Below, in pieces: positions 36,799-47,446 of a stretch of 64,000 bases of DNA. The notes below the pieces were generated by a model that did not search any database, was not told the origin of the DNA, and worked only from the letters and a program-made list of their open reading frames with translations. The DNA is from Podarcis cretensis (lineage: Eukaryota), in assembly GCA_951804945.1 (NCBI GenBank), contig OX638150.1, positions 97,154,001 to 97,218,000 on the forward strand, given 5' to 3'. Each line of letters begins with the position of its first letter. Positions within the stretch are counted from its first letter, which is position 1. The translations under genes and the position numbers were made by a program.

Positions 36799-37051
36799 GA
36801 GAGCCAGTGTGGTGTAGTGGTTAAGAGCGGTAGTCTCGTAATCTGGGGAACCGGGTTCGCGTCTCCGCTCCTCCACATGCAGCTGCTGGGTGACCTTGAG
36901 CCAGTCACACTTCTTTGAAGTCTCTCAGCCCCACTCACCTCACAGAGTGTTGTTGGAGAGGAAGGGAAAGGAGAATGTTAGCCACTTTGAGACTCCTGAA
37001 GGGGAGTGAAAGGCGGGATATCGAATCCAAACTCTTCTTCTTCTTCTCTTC
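36799..37051 (+). mobile_element. tRNA-derived SINE with L2-like 3' end and (CTT)n tail
   Basis: gagagccagtgtggtgtagtggttaagagcgg box A, ccgggttcgcgtctcc box B, tail aaactcttcttcttc. Same family as 50708-51338. Confidence 0.88.
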
Positions 37052-37479
37052 TACATGTGAACACGCAGGAGGCATGGCCACACAGCATGGTCCCCTGCTC
37101 CCTTCTCCATCGCTTAGCCTCTACACGTGGAAAATGTCCAACTACTGTTAAGTACTGAGCGACAGCAAGCTTTGCCTGCTAATTGCTGCGCTTCCAACTT
37201 CTTTTATAGGGACAGGCAAGCCTATTAATTTTATTTTATTGGCCCTTTGGCAACCCTACATTTCGGGAAGTTGTGGAAGAGGCTGGGTGCTGACTGCCCT
37301 GTGCACGGACATTGTACACACATTTCAAAACGTGACACATGAAATGGATTGACGAATGCAAAACAGCCATCCCAAACGAGCGTGTGTGAACCGGAGGCAA
37401 GTTGATGTTAAATATAGCAGCTGTTAGTTTTATTCTTTTCTGTCTCCTTACACTTTGGAGATCATCTCCTCAATCAGAG

Positions 37480-37770
37480 GCACTTAAAGCAATCTTTGAC
37501 AATTCATTCACATTCTACTCTTCGCTCGAGGGAAAATAGAATTACTAATAAAAAGGCTTCGCGTGATTGCATTTGTAATAGGATACAATTTGGATCCCAC
37601 TTTCTGGAGTGGGGGGTAAAGACTAAGAAAAGTACATAGCGCATAAAGTTGCATTTTATGCAGAGAAATGCACAACGGCAGCGAGCCCATAAAGCATTGA
37701 GTTTTGTGATTCATTAAACGTTTATTCCATGTCTCTAAAAACACCCTTTGAATACATAATTGTAGACAGA
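37480..37770. promoter_or_regulatory. Candidate conserved non-coding element
   Basis: Unique DNA with unusually many CpGs and repeated TAATAAA, CATAAA and TTTAT (posterior HOX/CDX-type) motifs. Confidence 0.4.
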
Positions 37771-38413
37771 TTTGATGTGGTAAATGATGGGGGTGTTAGA
37801 TAGGAAACTGCCTTGCAGCAAGTCAAAACTGCCATTCCTTCCAGCTCAGTACTATCTATGTTGGCCGTGTCTGTTTGTAATGATAAGCCAAACTTTCTGG
37901 TTTACCATGTTTTGTCAGGAACAAGGAGTGTGCTGTTGCACCTACCCAGTCACTTCCACAACTGGTGTGAGCTAGGAAAACAAACCAGGAAACCTTGGCT
38001 TCCTGTTACATCCAAACCAGGTTTTCGTTCCCTAACAGGGGGGTGTCATTGGTGTTGTTCATGAATATGGTAGGTAATCATGTGTTTTTGTAGGAAACCG
38101 CCCTGTGATCATCAGGCAAAGGGTTGTATAGAAATTTAATGAAAAAGAGGAAGAGGAAGATCACCACCAAGGCAACAACAAACCATGGCTTCAGGTTAGC
38201 TAGCAAGCATGGCTTGTTAGGAAACAACAGAGCACAACCCTTGGTTTGAATGCAACGCCAGGAATCTAACGCCAGGAAGCCAAAGCTTTCTGGCTTGTTT
38301 CTCCCATTTCCTCCACTGGAAGGGCAAACCTTTCTCTCTCCAGCTGTTACATCCCCTCAGACTCACTCCTCCCTCCACCCCCAGATCTGGCCCTCCTCAA
38401 GGTCCATCAACCA

Positions 38414-38414
38414 G

Positions 38415-38448
<34 letters not shown>

Positions 38449-38894
38449 GTCATTTAGTTGTGTCTGACTCTTCGTGACCCCATGGACCAGAACATGCCAG
38501 GCACTCCTATCTTCCACTGCCTCCCGCAGTTTGGTCAAACTCATGCTGGTAGCTTCGAGAACACTGTCCAACCATCTTGTCCTCTGTCATCCCCTTCTCC
38601 TTGTGCCCTCATTCCTTCCCAACATCAGGGTCTTTTCCAGGGAGTCTTCTCTTCTCATGAGGTGGCCCAAGTATTGGAGCCTCAGCTTCAGGATCTGTCC
38701 TTCAAGTGAGCACTCAGGTCAGGGCTGATTTCCTTCAGAATGGAGAGGTTTGATCTTCTTGCAGTCCATGGGACTCTCAAGAGTCTCCTCCAACAACATA
38801 ATTCAAAAGCATCAAATCTTCAGCGATCAGCCTTCTTTATGGTCCAACTCTCACTTCCATACATCACTACTGGGAAAACCATAGCTTTAACTAT
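38414..38894 (-). mobile_element. BovB (RTE-clade LINE) 5'-truncated 3' fragment
   Basis: Minus-strand peptide IVKAMVFPVVMYGSESWTIKKADR is BovB ORF2. (CAA)n tail. 8-bp TSD atcaacca at 38406-38413 and 38895-38902. Confidence 0.95.
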
Positions 38895-39631
38895 ATCAAC
38901 CAAAGCAAGGCACAGAAAAATGGCTAGGCCACAGATGGTGACAAGAGACAGAGACAGTCTCTCTGACCTTATGCATAGCTCAGGATTTGTTTTCAGGATC
39001 ACAAGTAGGATAGCCAGTTATGCACTGTCAAAATTGAGGAGTTGCAGCACTCAACTCTAAGGTCTGCACTAGGAGAGAGGAAGATCCAGGAGGAAAGCTG
39101 AACCTGCAGGTTCCTATGTATATCTAAAGGTATATATGTTCATCATGCTGCAGTCTGGTCTTTTTAACTGGGAATGCCAGGAATTGATATTGGGACCTTC
39201 TGCAGGCAAAGCAGCTGCTTTATCATTCAGCTATGGTTCCTCCCCAGTCAGGATTACTATGGTCTGTGCAGCATTATCACACACTACCAGTTACGTAATG
39301 CACTTGGAAATATTGCAAGATTGACCTTTATGGTGGCAAAAACATAAACTCACTAGCAAGCTAAACAAGCCTCCATCCTTTCCGATATTCAGTAAACGTT
39401 CAGATTGAACCTTGGAAAACAACAAGGCAGTTGTTGTTCTACTGTCCAGCAGTCAGCTGAGTGATAGTTGTAGAAAGCTAGATAATTGGAAATAGAATCC
39501 CACATTTATTCAATGTGAGTAATTATCCAACGGAAAATTATAGAAGATAGCAAGAATGTAGCAAATAGCTTGGATGGTTTTCCAAGGAAAGCTGGAAGAA
39601 TGAATATGCCCTTCCTTGCTACACTATATAT

Positions 39632-40164
39632 TGTTATGTGCTGCAGTGGGAAGGGGCAGTAAGCTGTAAGCCTACTGTAATTCCTGGATCCAGAAAGTGT
39701 TAAAATCTAAGGAAGGATTTTCATGTTGTTGGAATAGCCAGACGAGCTTCTTGAGAATGGCCCTCTAAATTTGGGTTGTTAAAGTAACAAAGGAAGTGGT
39801 TGTGTGCCAGACGGCAAATGGGTGGGCCTCTCAACTCGTTGGTAGTGATTTAGAAAAGAGCTGAGTTGTGTGTGTGGAAGCTAGAAGCTGGAGGAAGAAG
39901 CAATCTGAAGCCTGTGATGGAAAGACATGCCTGATTTTTGCTTGCATCTAAAGCTATGGGTGAAGCAATATCCTATTGGGGTGTTAATGCTGTGAGTCCC
40001 TCCATCGTAGGCTCAGGCTGTATGCACGTGCAAATAAACCATATATCATAGACACCACAGTCTCTGCTACTGTTCCTCATTCCGAAGGATACACGAAGCC
40101 TGGGTAAAGTGTCTGAAACCCCTGGGATCTTGCACCACTTGAAGATTTGGAGTGGTGTGCAACA
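39632..40164 (+). mobile_element. Solo LTR
   Basis: TGTT...AACA termini, 4-bp TSD atat, AATAAA at 40033-40038, 533 bp long. Confidence 0.75.
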
Positions 40165-40914
40165 ATATACTCTTGTGAGATTACCTCAACTTTTGCAGAA
40201 CAGTAAAAGCAATGCCCTCTGGTCAAATCCACCTGGGCACCTTGTTAGTTGAAAGCACTGCTTGCCACGTAGGCAGCTAAAAGCTTATTATTGTTATTAT
40301 TTAAAAAGCATGCAGCTAAAGTCACTCACAGAGGCTTTGCCGTGTGTTTCACCCTTTGTACTTCTTCCTTGGTGGCTGACAAAACGCTTCTGGCAACAGC
40401 TTTGTTCAGACGCGGTTTCTGCCAGCTGGCCTGTGTACAAGGCCCGATCCTGTCCCTGTTGAACTCAAAGCGAGCACCGTCCTCTCGGATGCGGTGGAGC
40501 CAGAGTCAGGCTCTTTGTTTGCCACTTGGATTTACGAGAGTGCAGGTCAAGTGAAAAGGCCACAGTTGGAAGGTCAAGAGGAACACTAAGAGCTACATTG
40601 TGTACTCATTTCACAAACAGAATGGGCCCTGGAAGCGATAAGCAGCGAAATGTCTCCTGCTGTGGTGCTTTGTTCCTAAAGTAAATGTGCCATAGTAATA
40701 ACTCCACACACACCCAAGACATTTTTAGATAGTAGTTGCCACTTAGGGTTTTTCTTTCCCTGTTCCTGTATTTAGATTAAGATATGCAAAAGAGATGAAG
40801 TGAAGTAGGTTTGAGTCTGGTCAGTGGCTTGACAGCGAACCAGCTGGGAATCCCATGTATTCTGCCGCAAGTTCCATTATGGGAGAAAGGCAGGATATAG
40901 GTGGACAAAAGAAG

Positions 40915-41134
40915 TAGGGTTGCCATACGCCCTGAATTTCCTGGACATAACCAGGATTAGACCGTCAGAAACAGTGTCCGGATGGAAATCACTGAAACAT
41001 CCAGGAAAAATCAGATGTATGGCAATTCATGTCAGCAGTGCAGATTTTGACGAAGTTCCCTAAAAGTAGCTCAATAACTTTTCTTTTTAGATTTTGCAAA
41101 AAAAGCTCTCCCTCACACAAAAAACCAACTTTGC

Positions 41135-41180
<46 letters not shown>

Positions 41181-41234
41181 AAGCTCAACAACTTTTGTGT
41201 CCGTATTTTCACTTTTTGAAATACGGCAACCCTA
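40915..41234. mobile_element. hAT MITE containing (AG)20
   Basis: TIRs tagggttgccata / tacggcaacccta. Imperfect TSD aaagaag/aaataag. (AG)20 at 41139-41178. Confidence 0.8.
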
Positions 41235-43581
41235 AAATAAGCCTTATGTTTTGGATTGTTTTCCACAGGCAGAAAAGGCTTCTGCTTGTGCAACTGGGCT
41301 TTCCTCACCTGCAGGATTGTCAAGAGAGAGACCCTGGAACAGTGCATGGTGGGATGACAGGTGGATCATTTTGTTCGGCAAGCCAAAATGCTTGCCCTGG
41401 TGGAACAATCCCTTTGTGCAGCTTTGAATTCCACCCTTTGCCAGCCAGCCAGCACTTGAGAACTTGGCGGCAAACAGTCCCTGAGTCAGACACCACTGGA
41501 CCAACAGGCGATGGTGCAAAGCAAGCAGGATCACTAGTTCCCCTGCTTATATGGCAGCAGCTGTCCCTGCCTGGTTGGCTAGGGGCAGGGGGCCAGCCCT
41601 ATGTGGCCATTTCAGACCACAAAACTGCTCCTACAAAGTTGGTGTTTCAGATTTTAGCCAAAAATAAATGGACAGTGGTTTTAGTGCATTTTTACTACAT
41701 TCCTGGAACCATGCAATTGCACACAGGGCTTGTTGGCCTAACGCCCCCCCCAACCCCCACAATATTGATACAAAAGAAAAACAATGTAAAAAAGTACAAT
41801 AAATATAATAAATGAAAACAATATAAAACAACAAAAAAATGCATGCAGCTGCCATTCAGATAATACAGACATCCCTGCACTAGAAAGCTAAGTCGTGTGG
41901 TATTTTAAAAATACCTTTATCTTGATTCAAAGCATCATAATTCAGAGCTGTAATTCAGCAGTGTTACGTTTCAGTCTCCCTTTCAAGGTCTCAATTCATT
42001 CTGTGCAACTTGTCCTCCAAGGATAACCAAGTATGCCAAAGATAGATGCATGTTTATAGAATTATTTCCCCCCAGTGGTTTCTGTTGCTGGTTTCCCCCA
42101 AAGAAGTTTGTTTGAAACATACGAGGAACTAATATTTTCTCCAAGAAACTGATGCACACCCAAAGGGGGTTGTTGCCAATGGCCTTGTCAGCATATGAGG
42201 GTGTTGCCCTTTTGTGGCTGCAGGTATGTGAACAACCGCGTATGTTCATGGAGCACATATGATGATGACGACTGTGCTTGTGGTTGACCTTTATCTTCCA
42301 CGGAGGAAGGAGAATGATGATTCACTGGCAACATACTCACACATAACCTCCTGAGCGAAGGTAAAGATTGGTCCACAGCTCAGCTCAGCCACAAGTTGGT
42401 TAGAGCAAAATGGGAACAACCTGCTGAGAATTGTCTAAGGAATGGGAGTGGCAGAGCTTCAAGGAGATCTGCAGAAAAGGAATTCCTACAGGACTAGGAA
42501 GCTGCCTTGTAGTTAAGCCTCGCAGAGGCAGCTGTTTAGGGTGTCAAAAGAGGGAGCATCTCCATCTCTACCTGGGGATGCTGTGGTTGAACCTTGGATT
42601 TTCTGCCTGCAAGGCAGATGCTCTACCAATGGTGTGGTTTGGCTCAGTCAGCCGAATGCTGAATTAGGGCCGTGATCAGATTCGGTGTTATGGTGCACAC
42701 GCCAGAAGAGATTATTTATTTGCAAGATGCTGCTACTTAGACTGATGCATTTTCTGTCTGGGTTCCTGGTATCTTTTCACGGCTGCATAGCAACAAGTGA
42801 AACCTTTCACATCACTGCAACTTTGTGCTGAGCAAAGCAGCGGCCACAGATGGTTTGCCTGTCGTGTAATTGCCAAAGGCACAGGGTTCTGCTAAACAGA
42901 AAGGCGGTAGCCTCACACTTTTGCCATGTTAATGTCCACAGGTGGGGTTTTTGGGTTGTTTGGTTTGTTTTTGATGCAGATGGCACTTTGCCAGGCCGGT
43001 TGTGATTTCTTGGTACTCTTTGTTTGTTTTTAGTCTTGCAAAAGTCCCTTCAGAGCTAGAGAAGAGGTGGAGACGCATTGGCTGAAAGTGCGCAGAATTT
43101 GGAAGACAAACGGCCAGCACCTCCACCGTGACCTCGTGCCCAGAGTAAATGAGTTAAGTGTCAGTAAATGTCAATAAAATGGAGAAGGTGTGAGAAAGTA
43201 GTAGCCAGAATCCATTGTACTTATTACAGCTGCATACAACTTAATATTGACATAGCCTCTGCTCAACTGTATGTACAATAATTCCCAAGTAAATATTGCT
43301 TTTTGACAAATCAAATAGTGCTATCAGCGGGGCTTGATTTGGAGTTGGAGCTTGTCAGGGGTGAGCCCTGGAACCTGCTTCGAATTTTTGATTCCCAGAG
43401 ACTGAGCATGTGGCCTAAGAACAGAGAACTAAAAGCTGCTGGGCATGTTGTAAACTCCTTTTCTTTACCACTGAGTGCCCACAGGTGAGTCTTCGGGGTT
43501 ACAGGCTTTTCGACCTATCAGAGCATCAGCATACAGCTCCAAGTATGGGTTCCCTTTAAACCTTGCAGGTGTCATGTTTTA

Positions 43582-43717
43582 ATAGACTCAGAATCATTGG
43601 AGTTGGAAGGAACCACAAATGCAATCTAGCCAAACCCCTTGCAATTCAGGAATCTTTTGCCCAACGAGGGGCTTGAACCCATGACCCTGAGATTAAGACT
43701 CTCATGGTCCACCAACT
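43582..43717 (-). mobile_element. SINE with tRNA-Lys(CTT)-derived head and CR1-derived tail
   Basis: Reverse complement catgagagtcttaatctcagggtcatgggttcaagcccctcgttgggc matches tRNA-Lys. It is followed by a CR1 3' UTR and tail. Confidence 0.75.
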
Positions 43718-44110
43718 ACTGGTAAATCATCCTAGAATAATTGCTTCCCTCCTGTTTCCGATATTCAGAGGTGAGTGCCATGGCTTGAGCAGCAAAATTA
43801 TTTTTTAAAATTATTATTTATTAAATGTGTATAACTGCCCTTCGTCTGTAGATCACAGGGTGGTTCAAACATGAAATTCCAAAATGAAAACACAACATTC
43901 ATAATAAAACAAACACAGAAACAAACCAAGAACCCACCCCCTCCTCCCACAAACACATTTAAAAGGCCATCAATGGTTTTCATCAGCCAAAAGCCTGGCT
44001 ATAGAGAGGCTGCAGTATCCACACACAAGTTATCCACAAAGTACCAACAGGCTCAGGGGAACCCCAGGTTTTGCAGGGGTATAAAAAAAGGGAGGGGGAA
44101 CAACCTAATA

Positions 44111-44611
44111 CAGTGGTGCCCCGCAAGACGAATGCCTCGCAAGACGGAAAACCCGCTAGACGAAAGGGTTTTCCGTTTTGGAGGTGCTTCGCAAAACGAA
44201 TTTCCACTGGGCTTGCTTTGCAAAACGAAAATGTCTTGCGAGTTCCTGCGGGTTTTTTCCCCTTTCCCCCCTTTTTCTAAGCCGCTAAGTCGCTTATCAG
44301 CTGATCCGCTAAGCCGCTAAGCCGCTTATCAGCTGATCCGCTAAGCCGCTTATCAGCTGACCCGCTAAACTGCTAAGCTGCTTATCAGCTGATCCGCTAA
44401 GCCGCTAAGCCACTTATCAGCTGATCCGCTAAGCCGCTAAGCTGCTTATCAGCTGATCCGCTAAGCCGCTAAGCTGCTTATCAGCTGATCCGCTAAGCCG
44501 CTAATACCGCTAATCCGCTAAGCTGCTAATGGGCTTGCTTCGCAAGACGAAAAAACTGCAAGACGAAGAGACTCGCGGAACGGATTCTTTTTGTCTTGCG
44601 AGGCACCACTG
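44111..44611 (+). mobile_element. MITE family B, long copy with internal minisatellite
   Basis: Same TIRs as 33308 and TA TSD. Tandem array at 44277-44530. Confidence 0.92.
44277..44530 (+). repeat. 32-bp minisatellite built from 8-bp subunits
   Basis: (ctaagccg ctaagcYg cttatcag ctgatccg) x7, one unit being 24 bp, plus trailing monomers. Confidence 0.95.
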
Positions 44612-45087
44612 TACAGCCCAGTGAGAGACTGAGTATGCTGAATGGCAATGGAATGCTGACTGGAGGAGGGTCGAAAACTTCGGAAGGAGGGCAGTGGAAT
44701 GGCAGGAAACCTGAAGACCACCATTTTGCTGAAGTTCTCACTAGTTCTCTTTGATCCCCAGAAAAACAACAATAACAACACTGAGTGATCCCTTAGAACT
44801 CAGGTGGTGGCCTTTGATAAACAAACATATCCACACCATTTTATTTATTTTCTTCGTAGTGAGAGGATGCCTTCTGTCCCCCCCCCCTCACTTTTTTAGT
44901 GAAGCACTCATAGGTTTGCTTGAAAACGCACCCAGACTCTATCTAGAGATTTGTATTTTTAAAGGAGCCCACCTGTTATTGCACCACCTCTCTATGCACT
45001 TTCGAAGGCTTTGTGGGTACGTAAAACCAGGATCTGGGCATGCGACTGCTTTGCTTTAATTGACCACATGCACTCAGTGAAAAGAAA

Positions 45088-45116
45088 GGGAGGGAGGGAG
45101 GGAGGGAGGGAGGGGG
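45088..45116 (+). repeat. (GGGA)n tract, G-quadruplex-capable
   Basis: Seven G runs separated by single-A loops. Confidence 0.8.
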
Positions 45117-45766
45117 AGAAAAGCAGTTCCAGGTTTCTTAGGGTGCCAAGAATGTGTACGAAAGTTTGCTCCATTTCCCACCGCAAGGACTCCAAAGCTA
45201 TCAGGTTCTGTTTGAGGGCTTCCTATAAGCTGCTGGTTAGCCACCGTGAGGATTATAAGAAGAGGATGATGAACTAAAAGGACCTTTGGTCTGATCCAAT
45301 AAGGCTCTGCTTATTTATTACATGTAGGGCTGCAACATTTAACTGCCAAATCATTTAAATACATTATATAAAAAAGAAGTATTTATAAATACCACAAGTG
45401 TCAAGTGTGTAAAGGATAATGAGGAATACCTCCTCTAAGGTGGTGCTGCTGAAATGGGCAAAGATTGAACCAATTAATTGACCAGGACATTTAATCAGGC
45501 AATAGTTCTACTTATATTAATTTACTTCTCTTTGTTTATGAACAGTGTGAGGTTCCGAGGAGTCTCTCATTGGGACATTAATCAAGGCTACATCTGCCTG
45601 CTGTCAAACCTGTTACAGCAACAGGTCCTCCAGACTGCGCTCCTTCTGCCACCATTCGTACCCAGTGGAGCAAGAAGAGTTGCAATGCTTTGCAGCTCAA
45701 TTCTAACCCTGTCTGCTCAGAGGTAAGCTGTATTGAATCCAGTGCGGGTTCACTTCCAGGTAGAGT

Positions 45767-46261
45767 TAGGGGAGAGAGTCACTTTTGTTGCATTTTAATG
45801 AGAAACAGCCTAATTTTCACTTCTTGAAACAATACAAGAACCCAAACACAATTATCCTTCAAAATTCACACTTCTCTGAATTTTGCGAAGCAGTTCTGCA
45901 ACCAAGCAGTGTGTACAATATATATAATATGGGGAAATGTGCACAGAAATGCATACATTAGTAAGAATAATAAACCACTTTGAGGTTTTTTCCTACAATC
46001 AAGCAGTGTATAATTTTTACAAAACAAAAAAATGTGTTATATTAAGGGGAATTGCTTGCAAAAATAGGCCTATTACTCAAAACAACATACAAAAAGTGTG
46101 TATGTGTGTAAGAGAAAGACACACTAAAATTCTGGTGAACTTTCAAGGGGATTTGGGGGGGGGAGTTAGTTGCAATTTGCTCCAGGAACATGGAGAACTG
46201 AATTTAAGACCGGGAAGCTGAAGTAAACTGAAACTGACAGAATTGCCTGTTGCCACTCCCA
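45767..46261. mobile_element. hAT-type element (same family as 19459), reverse orientation, splitting an older small MITE
   Basis: Body is the reverse complement of 19459-20083. The flanks gcagctcaattcta...cttccaggtag and agtaagtggggttgcagcc rejoin into one short repeat. Confidence 0.6.
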
Positions 46262-47310
46262 AGTAAGTGGGGTTGCAGCCTTAGGGAGTGTAAACGGGCG
46301 AGCACAAAATTAAAGTTGAGCATCACCAGCTGTGCACTCCAATGAAAAGGGCCAGGAAGGCAAAGGAAAGAGCAAGCAAAGAAAGAAAAGCCTCTGTCTC
46401 TCTTGCAGCCAATGGAAAGATTCAGCCAAGTCAAAGAAGATGCACGCAAGCAGAGTGGAGCACTGCTGTGAATGTCTCTTATGTGAGAGTGGTTACCATG
46501 GCAAAATTTGCTTGTTGACTGAACAGAAAACGGTGAAAGAAATAGCACGAAGCCTGCCTGTGTGGCACATTCACAGGGCAACTGCCACAGCATCGAAGAG
46601 GCAGCTCTCAAACTGTCCCTCCAGTGCCTCAGGCCAACTTAGAGATGTTACATTTAATAAACGAAAGGATCACACGATGCTACCTTTTTTGGACCCAGCT
46701 TTTCGGGCCCAGCAACATTAAGGCAAATCTGTCCGGCTGCATTTTCTGAATGAGCTCCCGTAAACACACTGCGGTAAACCTTGGTGGAGGGTCTGCTGAG
46801 AATGCACCTCCTTGCTAACACATGGAGGAAACAAATCATAGTGCCTGTCTTAGAATTATGTGCAACTTGGGGAATATGGTTTGTTTTGCCTCAACAAACC
46901 ATCATCAGTAAGCTGAGAACAAACCTTAGCTGCAGATCCTGGCTTGTTAGGAGCAGAGCTACAGTTTCCTTAGTTTGTACATGATGCTTTTAGTTAAAAG
47001 CTTAGGGAAGCAGAACTGAAGGGCCCGTGGCAAAAATGATGGTGCCAAATGAAGCAGGGAGGGAATTTCAAAGCTGGGGCGTCCTCTTCCCATTAATCAC
47101 CTGCCTATGTATGTGGGGGTTAAAGTCTTTTTCTGTTTTCTGAACTTCTAGGGTGTCACTCACAACATACCATTATGTCCATAGGAATGGTGGTAAAGAG
47201 AGGAACGTGAGCAGGAGAGGAGCTGAGAATGAAAGAGGCAGGGATCAGGCCTTGCCTTCTGAGAGGCATCTGATTGGAATTAGCATGCTGGAGTTAATGG
47301 ACCTCTAGCC

Positions 47311-47446
47311 CAGGCATAGGCAAACTTGGCCCTCCAGATGTTTTGGGACTACAACTCCCATCATTCCTAGCTAACAGGACCAGTGGTCAGGGATGATGGG
47401 AACTGTAATATCAAAACATCTGGATGGCTGAGTTTGCCTATGTCTC
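47311..47446. mobile_element. Palindromic hAT MITE nested in an old CR1-group 3' end
   Basis: TIRs caggcataggcaaact / agtttgcctatgtctc. Perfect 8-bp TSD ctctagcc. The flanks rejoin as atggacctctagcctgatccagcagg. Confidence 0.88.

Noticed and set aside
41195-41815. Longest ORF (206 aa)
   Set aside because: It starts at a non-ATG codon inside a hAT MITE, ends in a low-complexity A-rich tract and has no protein-like motifs.
43455-43490. Recursive splice site CAG|GTGAGT
   Set aside because: An intervening AG separates the pyrimidine tract from the CAG, and such motifs occur by chance in 64 kb.
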